From: an uncultured Eubacteriales bacterium | Lineage (GTDB): Bacteria; Bacillota; Clostridia; Christensenellales; UBA1242 | Assembly: GCA_948514155.1 (NCBI GenBank) | Contig: CAOQYA010000004.1 | Span: 855 to 64,854, forward strand | Reading direction: 5' to 3' | Length of the DNA stretch: 64,000 nt | Part shown: one piece after another, positions 45,652 through 55,465 of the stretch | Numbering within the stretch: the stretch's first letter is position 1 | How the letters are laid out: each line of letters opens with the position of its first letter | Notes under the pieces: generated by a model | The model's database searches: none | The model's input: the letters and a program-made list of their open reading frames with translations, nothing else | What the model was told of the DNA's origin: nothing | Translations under genes and position numbers: made by a program

Positions 45652-46878
45652 ATGATTACATTACAAAGTGCGGAAAATGCACTCAAATCTGTTTATCTGG
45701 GTGTTATTGCAAATCAGCTTAACATTGCATCAAACCCACTTCTCACAAAAATTAAGAGAACAAACAAAGATGTTTGGGGAAAGGAAGTTATTAAACTTGC
45801 TCCAATAGGCATCAACGGCGGAATTGGAGCCGGCACAGAGACGGGAACTCTTCCTGCTGCTGTGGGCAACACATATGCTCAATTTAAGGCAACACTTAAA
45901 AACCTTTATGGAAGAATTGAATTGTCTGACAAAGCAATTCGCGCTTCACAAAACAGTGCAGGCGCTTTTGTTAACCTTCTTGCTGACGAAATGGAAAGCC
46001 TTGTTAAAGCAAGCACTTTCAACCTTGGAAGAATGCTTTATGGCGACGGAACAGGAATTGTTGCAAGAGCAATCGCTAACACCGACGACGGCATGATACA
46101 ATGCTCGAAAGTTAACACACTTGTTGAGGGAATGCTTATCGATTTCTGGAATGATCAGGGACAGCAGGAACTTATCAAATGCAAAGTTTTATATGTTGAC
46201 AGATTAAACAAGAAAATCAAGATTGACAAAAACTTTAATGTAAAAGAAGAAGGCAGCAACATTGTTGTGCAAGGCTCAAGAAACAATGAAATCACCGGCC
46301 TTGGCGCAATCTTCTCTGACTCTGAGACCCTTTATGGACTTACAAGAGCGGAGCACAAATGGCTTTCTCCATACAAATCAACAACAAGCACCGAGATTTC
46401 TGACAGCCTCATTCAAACTGCGATTGACTTCCTTGACGAGAACGCTGACTCTAAAATCAACTTTATCGCTTGCTCAAGCCCAGTGAGAAGAGCATATCAG
46501 GCATATCTCAACGCTTACAGATCCAATGTTGACATCATGAACCTTGAAGGCGGCTTCAAAGCAATTTCTTACAACGGAATTCCACTTGTTGCTGATAGAT
46601 TTGTTGATGAAGACACAATGTATCTTCTTAACACTAACGACTTTGTTATGCACGAACTTTGCGACTGGAAATGGATCGAAAATCAAGACGGCGGCGTGCT
46701 GAAACAAAACTCGAACAACGCAACTTACACTGCAACACTTGTTAAATATGCCGAACTTATCTGCGATAAGCCAAACGGTCAGGCAAAAATCAGCGGAATT
46801 AAATCTACTGTAACAAACCCTTTTGCTTCAAATGTTACAGTTAATGTTCCAAGCACAACACCTGAAGTGACTGAGTAA
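45652..46878 (+). CDS. phage major capsid protein (HK97-fold type)
   Basis: 408 aa. Blocks such as LYGRIELSDKAIRASQ, AFVNLLADEMESL and FNLGRMLYGDGTG are typical of Firmicute phage MCPs. Strong SD. Confidence 0.75.
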   Translation: MITLQSAENALKSVYLGVIANQLNIASNPLLTKIKRTNKDVWGKEVIKLAPIGINGGIGAGTETGTLPAAVGNTYAQFKATLKNLYGRIELSDKAIRASQNSAGAFVNLLADEMESLVKASTFNLGRMLYGDGTGIVARAIANTDDGMIQCSKVNTLVEGMLIDFWNDQGQQELIKCKVLYVDRLNKKIKIDKNFNVKEEGSNIVVQGSRNNEITGLGAIFSDSETLYGLTRAEHKWLSPYKSTTSTEISDSLIQTAIDFLDENADSKINFIACSSPVRRAYQAYLNAYRSNVDIMNLEGGFKAISYNGIPLVADRFVDEDTMYLLNTNDFVMHELCDWKWIENQDGGVLKQNSNNATYTATLVKYAELICDKPNGQAKISGIKSTVTNPFASNVTVNVPSTTPEVTE

Positions 46879-46886
46879 AAACAAAG

Positions 46887-46917
46887 AAGGGGCTAAAATT
46901 TAGGCCCCTTTACTTTT
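46887..46917 (+). terminator. hairpin / partial terminator after the capsid gene
   Basis: Stem AAGGGGC/GCCCCTT with a 10-nt loop, followed by TACTTTT. It may attenuate or stabilise the transcript. Confidence 0.4.
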
Positions 46918-46927
46918 AGGAGAAAAA

Positions 46928-47242
46928 ATGAAAGACCAAATTTTGCTTGAGGGCGACCCATTTTATATCGCGGAGCGAATAAAAGAGATTGACGAAAACT
47001 ATTTTTTGGTGTTTAACAAAAAAAGAGGCGTTTTCGAATTGCATAATTCTTCGCAGCGTTCGTCCACTTTCGCACTTACAATTCCATATGACACGCTTGA
47101 CGAGAGGGCTATCTTTCTCGCTCGCAAGACCAGGCGGGAGAACATCGATAAATTGATTGAAGAGATGGACAAAGAAAACGAACTGCGCACCAAAAACCTT
47201 GTCAAGAGGGCGGCCGAGCAAATACAAGAGGTGATTGAATGA
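46928..47242 (+). CDS. hypothetical phage-module protein (104 aa)
   Basis: Strong SD (AGGAGAAAAAATG) and a 4-nt overlap with the next gene. No family recognised. Confidence 0.55.
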   Translation: MKDQILLEGDPFYIAERIKEIDENYFLVFNKKRGVFELHNSSQRSSTFALTIPYDTLDERAIFLARKTRRENIDKLIEEMDKENELRTKNLVKRAAEQIQEVIE

Positions 47243-47784
47243 AAATTAACGAAGTAATCAAACTAAGTTGCGATTTTTTGGGGCTGGGAGAGTTGAAAAG
47301 CGAACTTGATGCAGGAGGCGAAATTGAGAACGAAAAACTCAGCAGGCTGCTTACATGCTTAAATCTTGCATATGAGGAGATTGTCACCGAATATCTTCCC
47401 ATTCTCACAACAGAAAAAGTGGGAGTTTTAGGCGGCAAAGTTCTTTATTCTTCGCTTTCGAAGCCTATCAGCGGCATATCTTGCGTCAAAAACGAAAAAG
47501 GCGAGGAGATTTGTTATCAAGTTTCAGCCGACCATATCGACATCGACGCAAAAAGTGCGGAGATAACTTACCAGATTATGCCAGAAAAATGCGAGTTTGG
47601 GGAGGAAGTGAATGTGCTTTTTCCAGAAAGACTGCTAGCATATGGCACCGCCAGGGAATATCTGTTTATCGAAGGAATGTCGGACGAGGCTATTTTATAT
47701 GAAAAGCGTTTCAAGGAAGCACTTGTGAATTTCGTTCGCAAGAAATCGATTGCTCGCCTTCCAAAAAGAACATGGAAGGTGTAA
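47239..47784 (+). CDS. putative head-tail adaptor (P22 gp4 / T7 gp11-sized)
   Basis: 181 aa, placed after the capsid gene and before a ~490-aa protein, which parallels podovirus head-completion order. Assigned by size and synteny only. Confidence 0.35.
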   Translation: MKINEVIKLSCDFLGLGELKSELDAGGEIENEKLSRLLTCLNLAYEEIVTEYLPILTTEKVGVLGGKVLYSSLSKPISGISCVKNEKGEEICYQVSADHIDIDAKSAEITYQIMPEKCEFGEEVNVLFPERLLAYGTAREYLFIEGMSDEAILYEKRFKEALVNFVRKKSIARLPKRTWKV

Positions 47785-47794
47785 GGAGGCAAAT

Positions 47795-49270
47795 ATGTTT
47801 AATAAAAAAGATTTTGCCACAAGAAAAAGTAAATCGATAAAGGTCAGACTTGATAGATTTGACGAGTGGAAGGAGGGCGCCGACGGGGCGACCGTCAAAG
47901 TGGGGCAGACTGTTGATAGTTACAACTTTGCAACTAAGACGGGCGCGCTCACGGCGGGGCTGGGACTGAAAAAGCCCACCCTTCCAAGAAAGCAAACTGA
48001 AAACGAAATGTTTGAGTTTGATGTGGACGCCACCGAGGTGCGTGCGCTTTATCCCTTCACCACCTATGACAATCTGACCGAAACGGACAGATATTATCTT
48101 TTCTATCTCGACACCGGCAATCAACTTTGCTTCTTTGACCTTCTGGGCACAAAATCTATGCGCCGAACGGAAGTGTCATTCAACGAAATTCCTAACGCCG
48201 CTGCATTTAAAATCAACAGCGATGTTGACACCGTTTTCTTTTCTTCGCCGTCTGATAAGACGCTTGGCTACAACAACGCCGGGCCGGCTTACTATGACAA
48301 CATTCCAAAGTTCACTTCCGGATGCTGGCACGGGCCATATCTGTTTATGGTCACTGTGGGCGATACAAACAAACTTATCTACAGCAAGAAAAGGGTGGAC
48401 ATTTGGAACTACGACAATGTTGAGGAGGTTCCTTTGCCATATGACATCCGCGGGGGACTGACCAAACTTGTGTCGCTGCGTGACAGCATGTATCTTTTCA
48501 GAAACTACGGCATAACGAGGCTCAATCTCTATTCGCTCAAGGCGGAACTGTCATTCACAAACATATTTGAGTCGCATTCTTACATCTATCCAAGGTCGAT
48601 TTCGATATATGGCGACAAAATTGTCTTTCTCACCGACGAAGGTCTCTTTTCGGTGGAGGGCAATGCTGTTAACAAAATTAAAATGCCAATTGAAGACAAT
48701 ATTATGCCGGCAAATCACGACTGCATTGGCGTTTGCTTTAACGGAAAATACTATCTTGCTTGCAAATATGACTTTAAAGACGACGATAAAATCGGCGAGG
48801 AGATAAACGGCTGCAAGAACAATGCGCTTATCGAGTTTGACCTTGAAAACAAGTTGTTTGAAATCTGCCGCGGCGTGGATATTAGCGATATGACCGTTAT
48901 TCAAACCCCAAAAGCGAGAAAACTTTTTGCCTCCGTTCGTGGAGAGCACAAGGCGCATCTTGGTGAGGTCGCGCATAACGGCATGATTTTCGATAAACCT
49001 TTGCATAAAGTGTGGAAGGTCGAAAATCTCGATTTTGGCTTCGGCGGCAGGGACAAATGCGTGACCGATATCACAATTAAGCCGGGTGCTTCGGGGAAAT
49101 TCACCATTGCCTCGGATGTTGATAGTCAAACAATTGATGTTCCGCTCTCGACACGCACTCAGCGCCTGCGCACCCGAGTGTTTGGCAAGACTTTCAAAAT
49201 TTTGATAGAGTCGGACGAGCCTTGTCCTGTTATTTCCTGTCCCGAACTTAGTGTTAAGGTTCTTTTATGA
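47795..49270 (+). CDS. putative tail hub/nozzle-like structural protein (P22 gp10-sized)
   Basis: 491 aa from ATG 47795, with AAGGAGG upstream. Beta-rich sequence with repeated hydrophobic/aromatic strands. Assigned by size and synteny only. Confidence 0.35.
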   Translation: MFNKKDFATRKSKSIKVRLDRFDEWKEGADGATVKVGQTVDSYNFATKTGALTAGLGLKKPTLPRKQTENEMFEFDVDATEVRALYPFTTYDNLTETDRYYLFYLDTGNQLCFFDLLGTKSMRRTEVSFNEIPNAAAFKINSDVDTVFFSSPSDKTLGYNNAGPAYYDNIPKFTSGCWHGPYLFMVTVGDTNKLIYSKKRVDIWNYDNVEEVPLPYDIRGGLTKLVSLRDSMYLFRNYGITRLNLYSLKAELSFTNIFESHSYIYPRSISIYGDKIVFLTDEGLFSVEGNAVNKIKMPIEDNIMPANHDCIGVCFNGKYYLACKYDFKDDDKIGEEINGCKNNALIEFDLENKLFEICRGVDISDMTVIQTPKARKLFASVRGEHKAHLGEVAHNGMIFDKPLHKVWKVENLDFGFGGRDKCVTDITIKPGASGKFTIASDVDSQTIDVPLSTRTQRLRTRVFGKTFKILIESDEPCPVISCPELSVKVLL

Positions 49271-49434
49271 AAATTTTTGATAAAAGTTATTCGGCTTTTA
49301 TATCAAGGCTTTCAAAGAAAGGAGAAAAGCGGGAAATGAAAAATTTAATCGAAGAGATTTTATCTGATAACAATCAAATGGCAAAAAATGGGCAGAGTGA
49401 AGACTGCATTCTGCCGACAGGAAAGAAAGTTTGA
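49267..49434 (+). CDS. small hypothetical protein (55 aa; not in ORF track)
   Basis: Hand-translated. ATGA overlap with the upstream stop and a TGATG overlap with the downstream start. An alternative internal start at 49336 follows AGGAGAAAAG. Confidence 0.4.
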   Translation: MKIFDKSYSAFISRLSKKGEKREMKNLIEEILSDNNQMAKNGQSEDCILPTGKKV

Positions 49435-49682
49435 TGTGGCAAGAAATTGTGAGCGTGATAATCAGCAACGGAATTTTTGCGGTGCTGTTCGTGCTCTTGT
49501 TTTGCTATCAACTTAAGGACAGCAAAAGACGGGAAGAGAAATATCAAAAGACGATTGAAGATTTGACCGAACACATAGGCGTGATTGATAAAATTAAGGA
49601 CGATGTGGAATATCTTAAGGACGCATTAACTCCAAAAAGAAGGAGGAAAAATGAAACTGAAAAACTTAATTCGCTCTTATAG
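49434..49682 (+). CDS. BhlA/UviB family holin-like protein
   Basis: NGIFAVLFVLLFCYQLKDSKRREEKY closely resembles the BhlA signature (GPFAVLF..LLFYV.K.SKERE). One TM segment plus a coiled coil. Confidence 0.7.
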   Translation: MWQEIVSVIISNGIFAVLFVLLFCYQLKDSKRREEKYQKTIEDLTEHIGVIDKIKDDVEYLKDALTPKRRRKNETEKLNSLL

Positions 49683-49929
49683 TTTTTGGACGACGCTTGC
49701 CGGTGCACTTTGCATTTTAATGAGCGCGCTTGGCAGAGCCTTCAGCTTTAAGGTGGAAGAAAAAATCATATCAGACATAGTTATGGCCATTGCCGGAGTG
49801 CTTGTGGCTGTTGGCATTGTTTCAATGCCTGCAAAAAAGGAGGAAGGGGAAAATGCTTCTTCCGATTTGCCGCAAGAGGCGCAGGAGAATTCTGACGCAC
49901 AAGACGAAGAAGGCGCGGACCAAAAATAG
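49651..49929 (+). CDS. two-TM holin-like membrane protein
   Basis: 92 aa with AAGGAGG upstream. Two hydrophobic helices, then an acidic tail. Confidence 0.5.
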   Translation: MKLKNLIRSYSFWTTLAGALCILMSALGRAFSFKVEEKIISDIVMAIAGVLVAVGIVSMPAKKEEGENASSDLPQEAQENSDAQDEEGADQK

Positions 49930-49933
49930 CAAC

Positions 49934-49962
49934 AAAAAAGGGGGCAATCGCCCTCTTTTTTA
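49934..49962 (+). terminator. rho-independent terminator
   Basis: Stem AAAGGGGGC/GCCCTCTTT (one G-U pair) followed by a T-run. Confidence 0.7.
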
Positions 49963-49965
49963 TTA

Positions 49966-49994
49966 TTGACTTTTGCTGCGAAATGTGATAGACT
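49966..49994 (+). promoter_or_regulatory. sigma-A-type promoter
   Basis: TTGACT, a 17-nt spacer, then TAGACT preceded by TGTGA. Confidence 0.5.
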
Positions 49995-50013
49995 TAAAAA
50001 GTAGGAGAGAAAC

Positions 50014-50661
50014 ATGGAAAAAGTGTTAAACAAGAAATTTTTTGATAATATTTTGGAAGTTTCCGCAGCCGGTCAGGACGGCATTGTGCAATTGGTGCTT
50101 AAAAACGGGCTCGTTAAGAACTTTGATTTGAAACTTATGCAAGAGACGGACAGAGAATTTAAAAAAGATCCAATCATTTGGCAGATGCTTGAGACAGCGG
50201 CCGGAGCAGCGGCTGGCAGAAGTAGAATGAATTTTGAAGATAAAGTCGAGTTCTTGGGCGACGACGCACTTCTGCACATTAAAGCCACAGATTTTAATCA
50301 CCCTGTAGATTTTAAAGGAACATACAATGTTTCAAATGCTACTCATATTCCGGTTGGAAGAAAAGACGGCACAAGAGTCTCGCACCCAGCCCTATATGCA
50401 ATCGCTTTTTCGGCATATATTGAGGGCGCAGCAAACGGCATCAAAATGTTCGATAGCGAACTTTTACTTGATAAAGATTGTGCCTCTGACCTTGTGAGTG
50501 CATATAAAACCTTCAATTCTTTAGTTCTCGGGCATGACCTTGAAGACAGTCAAGAATTTGCAAGACTTTTCAAAAATAAAGCCGACGGCGAAACGCAAAG
50601 AGTGCTTTCAAAGCAAAAAGAAGAGAGCCAAATTGATAATATTCTATCAAACTTGAAATAA
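50014..50661 (+). CDS. hypothetical protein (215 aa), its own transcription unit at the right edge of the phage-like module
   Basis: Strong SD (AGGAGAG), own promoter and terminator. No TM segment and no lysin or regulator motif recognised. Confidence 0.55.
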   Translation: MEKVLNKKFFDNILEVSAAGQDGIVQLVLKNGLVKNFDLKLMQETDREFKKDPIIWQMLETAAGAAAGRSRMNFEDKVEFLGDDALLHIKATDFNHPVDFKGTYNVSNATHIPVGRKDGTRVSHPALYAIAFSAYIEGAANGIKMFDSELLLDKDCASDLVSAYKTFNSLVLGHDLEDSQEFARLFKNKADGETQRVLSKQKEESQIDNILSNLK

Positions 50662-50688
50662 AAAAACGGGGAAGCCCCGTTTTTTTTG
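50660..50688 (+). terminator. rho-independent terminator
   Basis: Stem CGGGG/CCCCG followed by T8. Confidence 0.75.
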
Positions 50689-50740
50689 TGCAAATGATTT
50701 TTGAAAAAAGTCGGGAAGATCCCGGCTTTGATAAACTAAA

Positions 50741-51013
50741 TTACTTTGCGTTTTTGATTTTATCAAGTTCCTTAGCGAATTTTGATTTTCTTCTTGCTGC
50801 GCAATTTGCGTGAATAACGCCGTCAGCAACCGCCGCGTCGAGCACAGATGTAACTTCGCTGTATGCTTTTTCGCTGAGTGCAATATCATTTGAAGCAACT
50901 GCTGCTTTGAATTTCTTTGTGTAAGTCAAGATTTTAGACTTAACTGATTTGTTCTCTGCGCGTTTCTTTTCAATCACCAAAATTCTCTTCTTAGCCGATT
51001 TGATGTTTGCCAT
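50741..51013 (-). CDS. rpsT: 30S ribosomal protein S20
   Basis: MANIKSAKKRILVIEKKRAENK is the canonical S20 N-terminus. Confidence 0.95.
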   Translation of the reverse strand: MANIKSAKKRILVIEKKRAENKSVKSKILTYTKKFKAAVASNDIALSEKAYSEVTSVLDAAVADGVIHANCAARRKSKFAKELDKIKNAK

Positions 51014-51065
51014 TTCTGTCTCCTTTTCAAGTGTCTAGAGAGAGTATATCATATCAAACTAACTT

Positions 51066-51872
51066 TTGCAAGTGAAAATAAATAATTTTTTTGCATTGCT
51101 TCAAAATATTTGTATGGTAGATTTAATTGACGAATGCGGGCAAGATTTGAAAAGCCTAGGCTATGAAAACACCTTTTCAGGCAAGTTTTCTCTTTCTGTG
51201 GGAAGACTGGAAGTTGATACTAGCGAAAAAGCCAAGGCTGTGGGCTTTGATAAGGGAAGTTATATCATATATAACTGCCCGCTTTTGCACGGCTTTGGAA
51301 GGGAGTGTTTTGAATATGTTTCCGGCGAAGTTTGCAAAGGCTTAAAGCGCCTTCTTAAAAAGCACGGCCTCACAAAAAAATCGAGAATTCTTGTTGTGGG
51401 GCTTGGTAACCCTCAAATTCTTGCGGATGCAATCGGCGGTCGGGTGCTGGAGAAAATTGAACTTGATGTTTTTAGAAAAGAAATTCGAGTGTTTAAGTTT
51501 GCGCCTAATATTTTCGCAAATACCGGAATAAACTCCTTCGATGTTGTGCATATGCTGGCCATTTGGCTGGATGTGGACGGGGTGATTGTTATTGACGCGC
51601 TTGGAACTGATAGCCCGTCGCGTCTGACAACCTCCATTCAAATTAACGATGTTGGCATGACGCCGGCAAGCGCAGTGAATAATCTCGGCAAAAAACTTTG
51701 CGCTTCCTCGCTTGGCGTGCCCTGTTTTTCTGTTGGCGTTCCCACCATGCTGCTTGCGGGCAAGATTAGCCCAGAGGTTCCTGAAAGCATGATTTTGACC
51801 CCTAAAGACATTCGCGAGGAACTTGAAAACTTATCAAAAATTTTGGCACTTGCAATAACGGCGGCTATTTAG
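51066..51872 (+). CDS. gpr: GPR-type germination protease (A25 family), short form
   Basis: VVGLGNPQILADAIG, VIDALG..SPSRL.TSIQINDVGMTP and LGVPCFSVGVPT are collinear with Bacillus GPR, and rpsT-gpr divergent synteny is conserved. The start is uncertain (TTG 51066 or ATG 51114; no clear SD). Confidence 0.7.
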   Translation: MQVKINNFFALLQNICMVDLIDECGQDLKSLGYENTFSGKFSLSVGRLEVDTSEKAKAVGFDKGSYIIYNCPLLHGFGRECFEYVSGEVCKGLKRLLKKHGLTKKSRILVVGLGNPQILADAIGGRVLEKIELDVFRKEIRVFKFAPNIFANTGINSFDVVHMLAIWLDVDGVIVIDALGTDSPSRLTTSIQINDVGMTPASAVNNLGKKLCASSLGVPCFSVGVPTMLLAGKISPEVPESMILTPKDIREELENLSKILALAITAAI

Positions 51873-51886
51873 CATATCATGTAAAT

Positions 51887-52600
51887 ATGAAAAAAGTTGC
51901 GGTGATAGACAGCGGAAGTGGTGGGCTTAACACATTAAAGGAACTTTTCTATTCCACCACAGGTTGCCAGTTTTTGTTTCTGGCCGACGAGAAAAATGCG
52001 CCATATGGCGAAAAAGAGCCCTGCGAGCTTAGAAAGATTGCGGCCTCTTTAATAGACCTTTTAAATTCTTTTTTTAAGCCCGATATAGTGGTGGTGGCTT
52101 GCAACACACTGACAAGTGTTGCGATAGATTTTTTACGGGCAAAATATCCCGAGATTGTCTTTATCGGCTGCGAACCAGCCATTATGCCGGCATGCAGATT
52201 TTGCGACGAAGAGGATGTGCTGCTGCTTGCAACGCCGGTGACGATAAGGGAGAGTTCTCTTGTGAAAGAGCACCCAAATATTCGCGCTCTCGCGATTGAA
52301 AATCTGCCAATTCTAATCGACAGAAATCTCTTCGACCTTGACAGCCTTATTCCATATCTTGAAGAGAATTTGGAGGGTCTTGAGCCTCAGGCGATAGTGC
52401 TTGGCTGCACGCATTTTGAGACGATAAAAAAGCAGCTCTCTTCAATTACTTCTGCCAAACTTTTTGGCAGCAGCGAGGGAATTTGCCGTCAACTTAAAAA
52501 ATATTGTTCGGACGAAGGTGGCAACGACTGCTCTTTCATGTCCACCGGCAGCGGCGACCACCTGCCGGCATTTTTCCATTTTTTAATGAAAAATGATTAA
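51887..52600 (+). CDS. murI: glutamate racemase
   Basis: VIDSGSGGL, ACNT and GCTHF catalytic-Cys motifs. Confidence 0.85.
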   Translation: MKKVAVIDSGSGGLNTLKELFYSTTGCQFLFLADEKNAPYGEKEPCELRKIAASLIDLLNSFFKPDIVVVACNTLTSVAIDFLRAKYPEIVFIGCEPAIMPACRFCDEEDVLLLATPVTIRESSLVKEHPNIRALAIENLPILIDRNLFDLDSLIPYLEENLEGLEPQAIVLGCTHFETIKKQLSSITSAKLFGSSEGICRQLKKYCSDEGGNDCSFMSTGSGDHLPAFFHFLMKND

Positions 52601-52639
52601 AATTTACTAAAAAACATGAAAAAAACATTAAAAAGACGG

Positions 52640-53368
52640 CTATTTTAATTCAGCCGTCATATTTCTGTAAATTTCTAAAATCTCCACAGCCTTGTATTTT
52701 ACATCTTCCGGTTTTGCTGAGCACAGAGAAATACTTTCAAGTTCGTCAGCAAGATATTCGCCAAGAGCGGTCACTTTTTCGCTTTCAAATTCTTTGAAAC
52801 TCTCTGCAAAATTTACTTGAAGTTTAGAGAGGCGCTGTTTGATTTTATCAAGTTTTTGGGCGGCTGCGTCTTTTGAATAAACTCCCGTCTCCAGTCCAAC
52901 GGCGATGTCATTTACGCCCTTAAAAGTTTGCATGAAACTTGCCGCTGCCTCAGTTGCAAGTGTGTGCTGCTCGGCCGAGAATGGCGCGTCGATAGAAATT
53001 GGCTGAAAGGCGAGTTTAACAATCTCCGCAGCCTGCCCATTTTTTTGAAGCAGGCTCACAACTCTTGCAGCGTCATTTTCCTGCTCACAAGCCGAGTGGA
53101 TAACATGAAAATATTCGTCTTCTTTCCAGATATATCCGCTGCAGGAAATGTCCTTGGAAAGTGCCTCGGCTTCAAGCGCCGATTGTGACTTAGCAACGCT
53201 GACAAGATATGCCGAACTTGAAACATTTTGCATTGTGCCAGTTGTGTTTTGAATGGCGCCCATGAAAAGCGAGGAAGTAAAATATGAGGCAAGGCTCATT
53301 GCGCCAAGTGCAACAAGAGCGAAGGTTATCGCAGATAAAATTTTAATCGTCAGAGATTTGTTTTTCAC
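52640..53368 (-). CDS. hypothetical membrane-anchored protein
   Basis: N-terminal TM segment (ILSAITFALVALGAMSLA). A possible SPOR-like segment (GYIWKEDEYFHVI...NDAARVVSLLQKNG) and a helical C-terminus. Confidence 0.55.
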   Translation of the reverse strand: MKNKSLTIKILSAITFALVALGAMSLASYFTSSLFMGAIQNTTGTMQNVSSSAYLVSVAKSQSALEAEALSKDISCSGYIWKEDEYFHVIHSACEQENDAARVVSLLQKNGQAAEIVKLAFQPISIDAPFSAEQHTLATEAAASFMQTFKGVNDIAVGLETGVYSKDAAAQKLDKIKQRLSKLQVNFAESFKEFESEKVTALGEYLADELESISLCSAKPEDVKYKAVEILEIYRNMTAELK

Positions 53369-53480
53369 AAAATATTTTTATGACTTTATTTGACAAAGTA
53401 TGCCCAAACTTATGGCACATTCGCTGGACAAACGGCGAAGAGCGTAGTAAAATATAGGCATATATCAAGGAGGAAAAATC

Positions 53481-53762
53481 ATGAAATTAAAACCGCTTTT
53501 CGATAGAATTGTGCTGCTTCCAAAAAAAGCAGAAGAGACAAAAGGTGGAATATTGCTTCCGTCTGTCGCTCAAGAAAAGTCGCAGATTGCAAAGGTTGTG
53601 GCTGTTGGCCAGGGAGGAACTTGCGACGGCAAGGACACGCCGATGCTTGTTAAGTTGGGCGACGAGGTGCTCTTTTCCAAATATGCAGGCGTCGAATTTG
53701 AAGACAATGGTCAGACTTTTATAATCGTTCGCCAGGCCGATATCTTGGCGGTAATTGAATAA
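53481..53762 (+). CDS. groES: co-chaperonin GroES
   Basis: MKLKPLFDRIV..., canonical Cpn10. Confidence 0.95.
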   Translation: MKLKPLFDRIVLLPKKAEETKGGILLPSVAQEKSQIAKVVAVGQGGTCDGKDTPMLVKLGDEVLFSKYAGVEFEDNGQTFIIVRQADILAVIE

Positions 53763-55385
<1,623 letters not shown>

Positions 55386-55423
55386 ATCAGCACTATCAGC
55401 ACGAAATTAAAGCCATGTTTAAT

Positions 55424-55464
55424 CTCTCTCGCAGTTGTCAATAAAGTGCGGGAGAGGTTTTTTA
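55424..55464 (+). terminator. rho-independent terminator after groEL
   Basis: Stem CTCTCTCGC/GCGGGAGAG (one G-U pair) followed by a T-run. The 3' arm doubles as the SD of the next gene. Confidence 0.55.
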
Positions 55465-55465
55465 T

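Larger units (their letters stand above)
42535..50690 (+). mobile_element. phage-derived morphogenesis/holin gene module (cryptic or domesticated; lacks TerL, integrase, tail fibres, lysin)
   Basis: Twelve co-oriented, tightly coupled ORFs with phage-structural signatures, between an ABC importer and rpsT. No att-like direct repeats seen by eye. Confidence 0.6.

Noticed and set aside
42454-50740. Attachment-site direct repeats or a tRNA/tmRNA integration target flanking the phage-like module
   Set aside because: I found no convincing repeat between the left (42454-42593) and right (50662-50740) flanks by eye, and no tRNA is present. A computed repeat search is needed before excluding short att sites.
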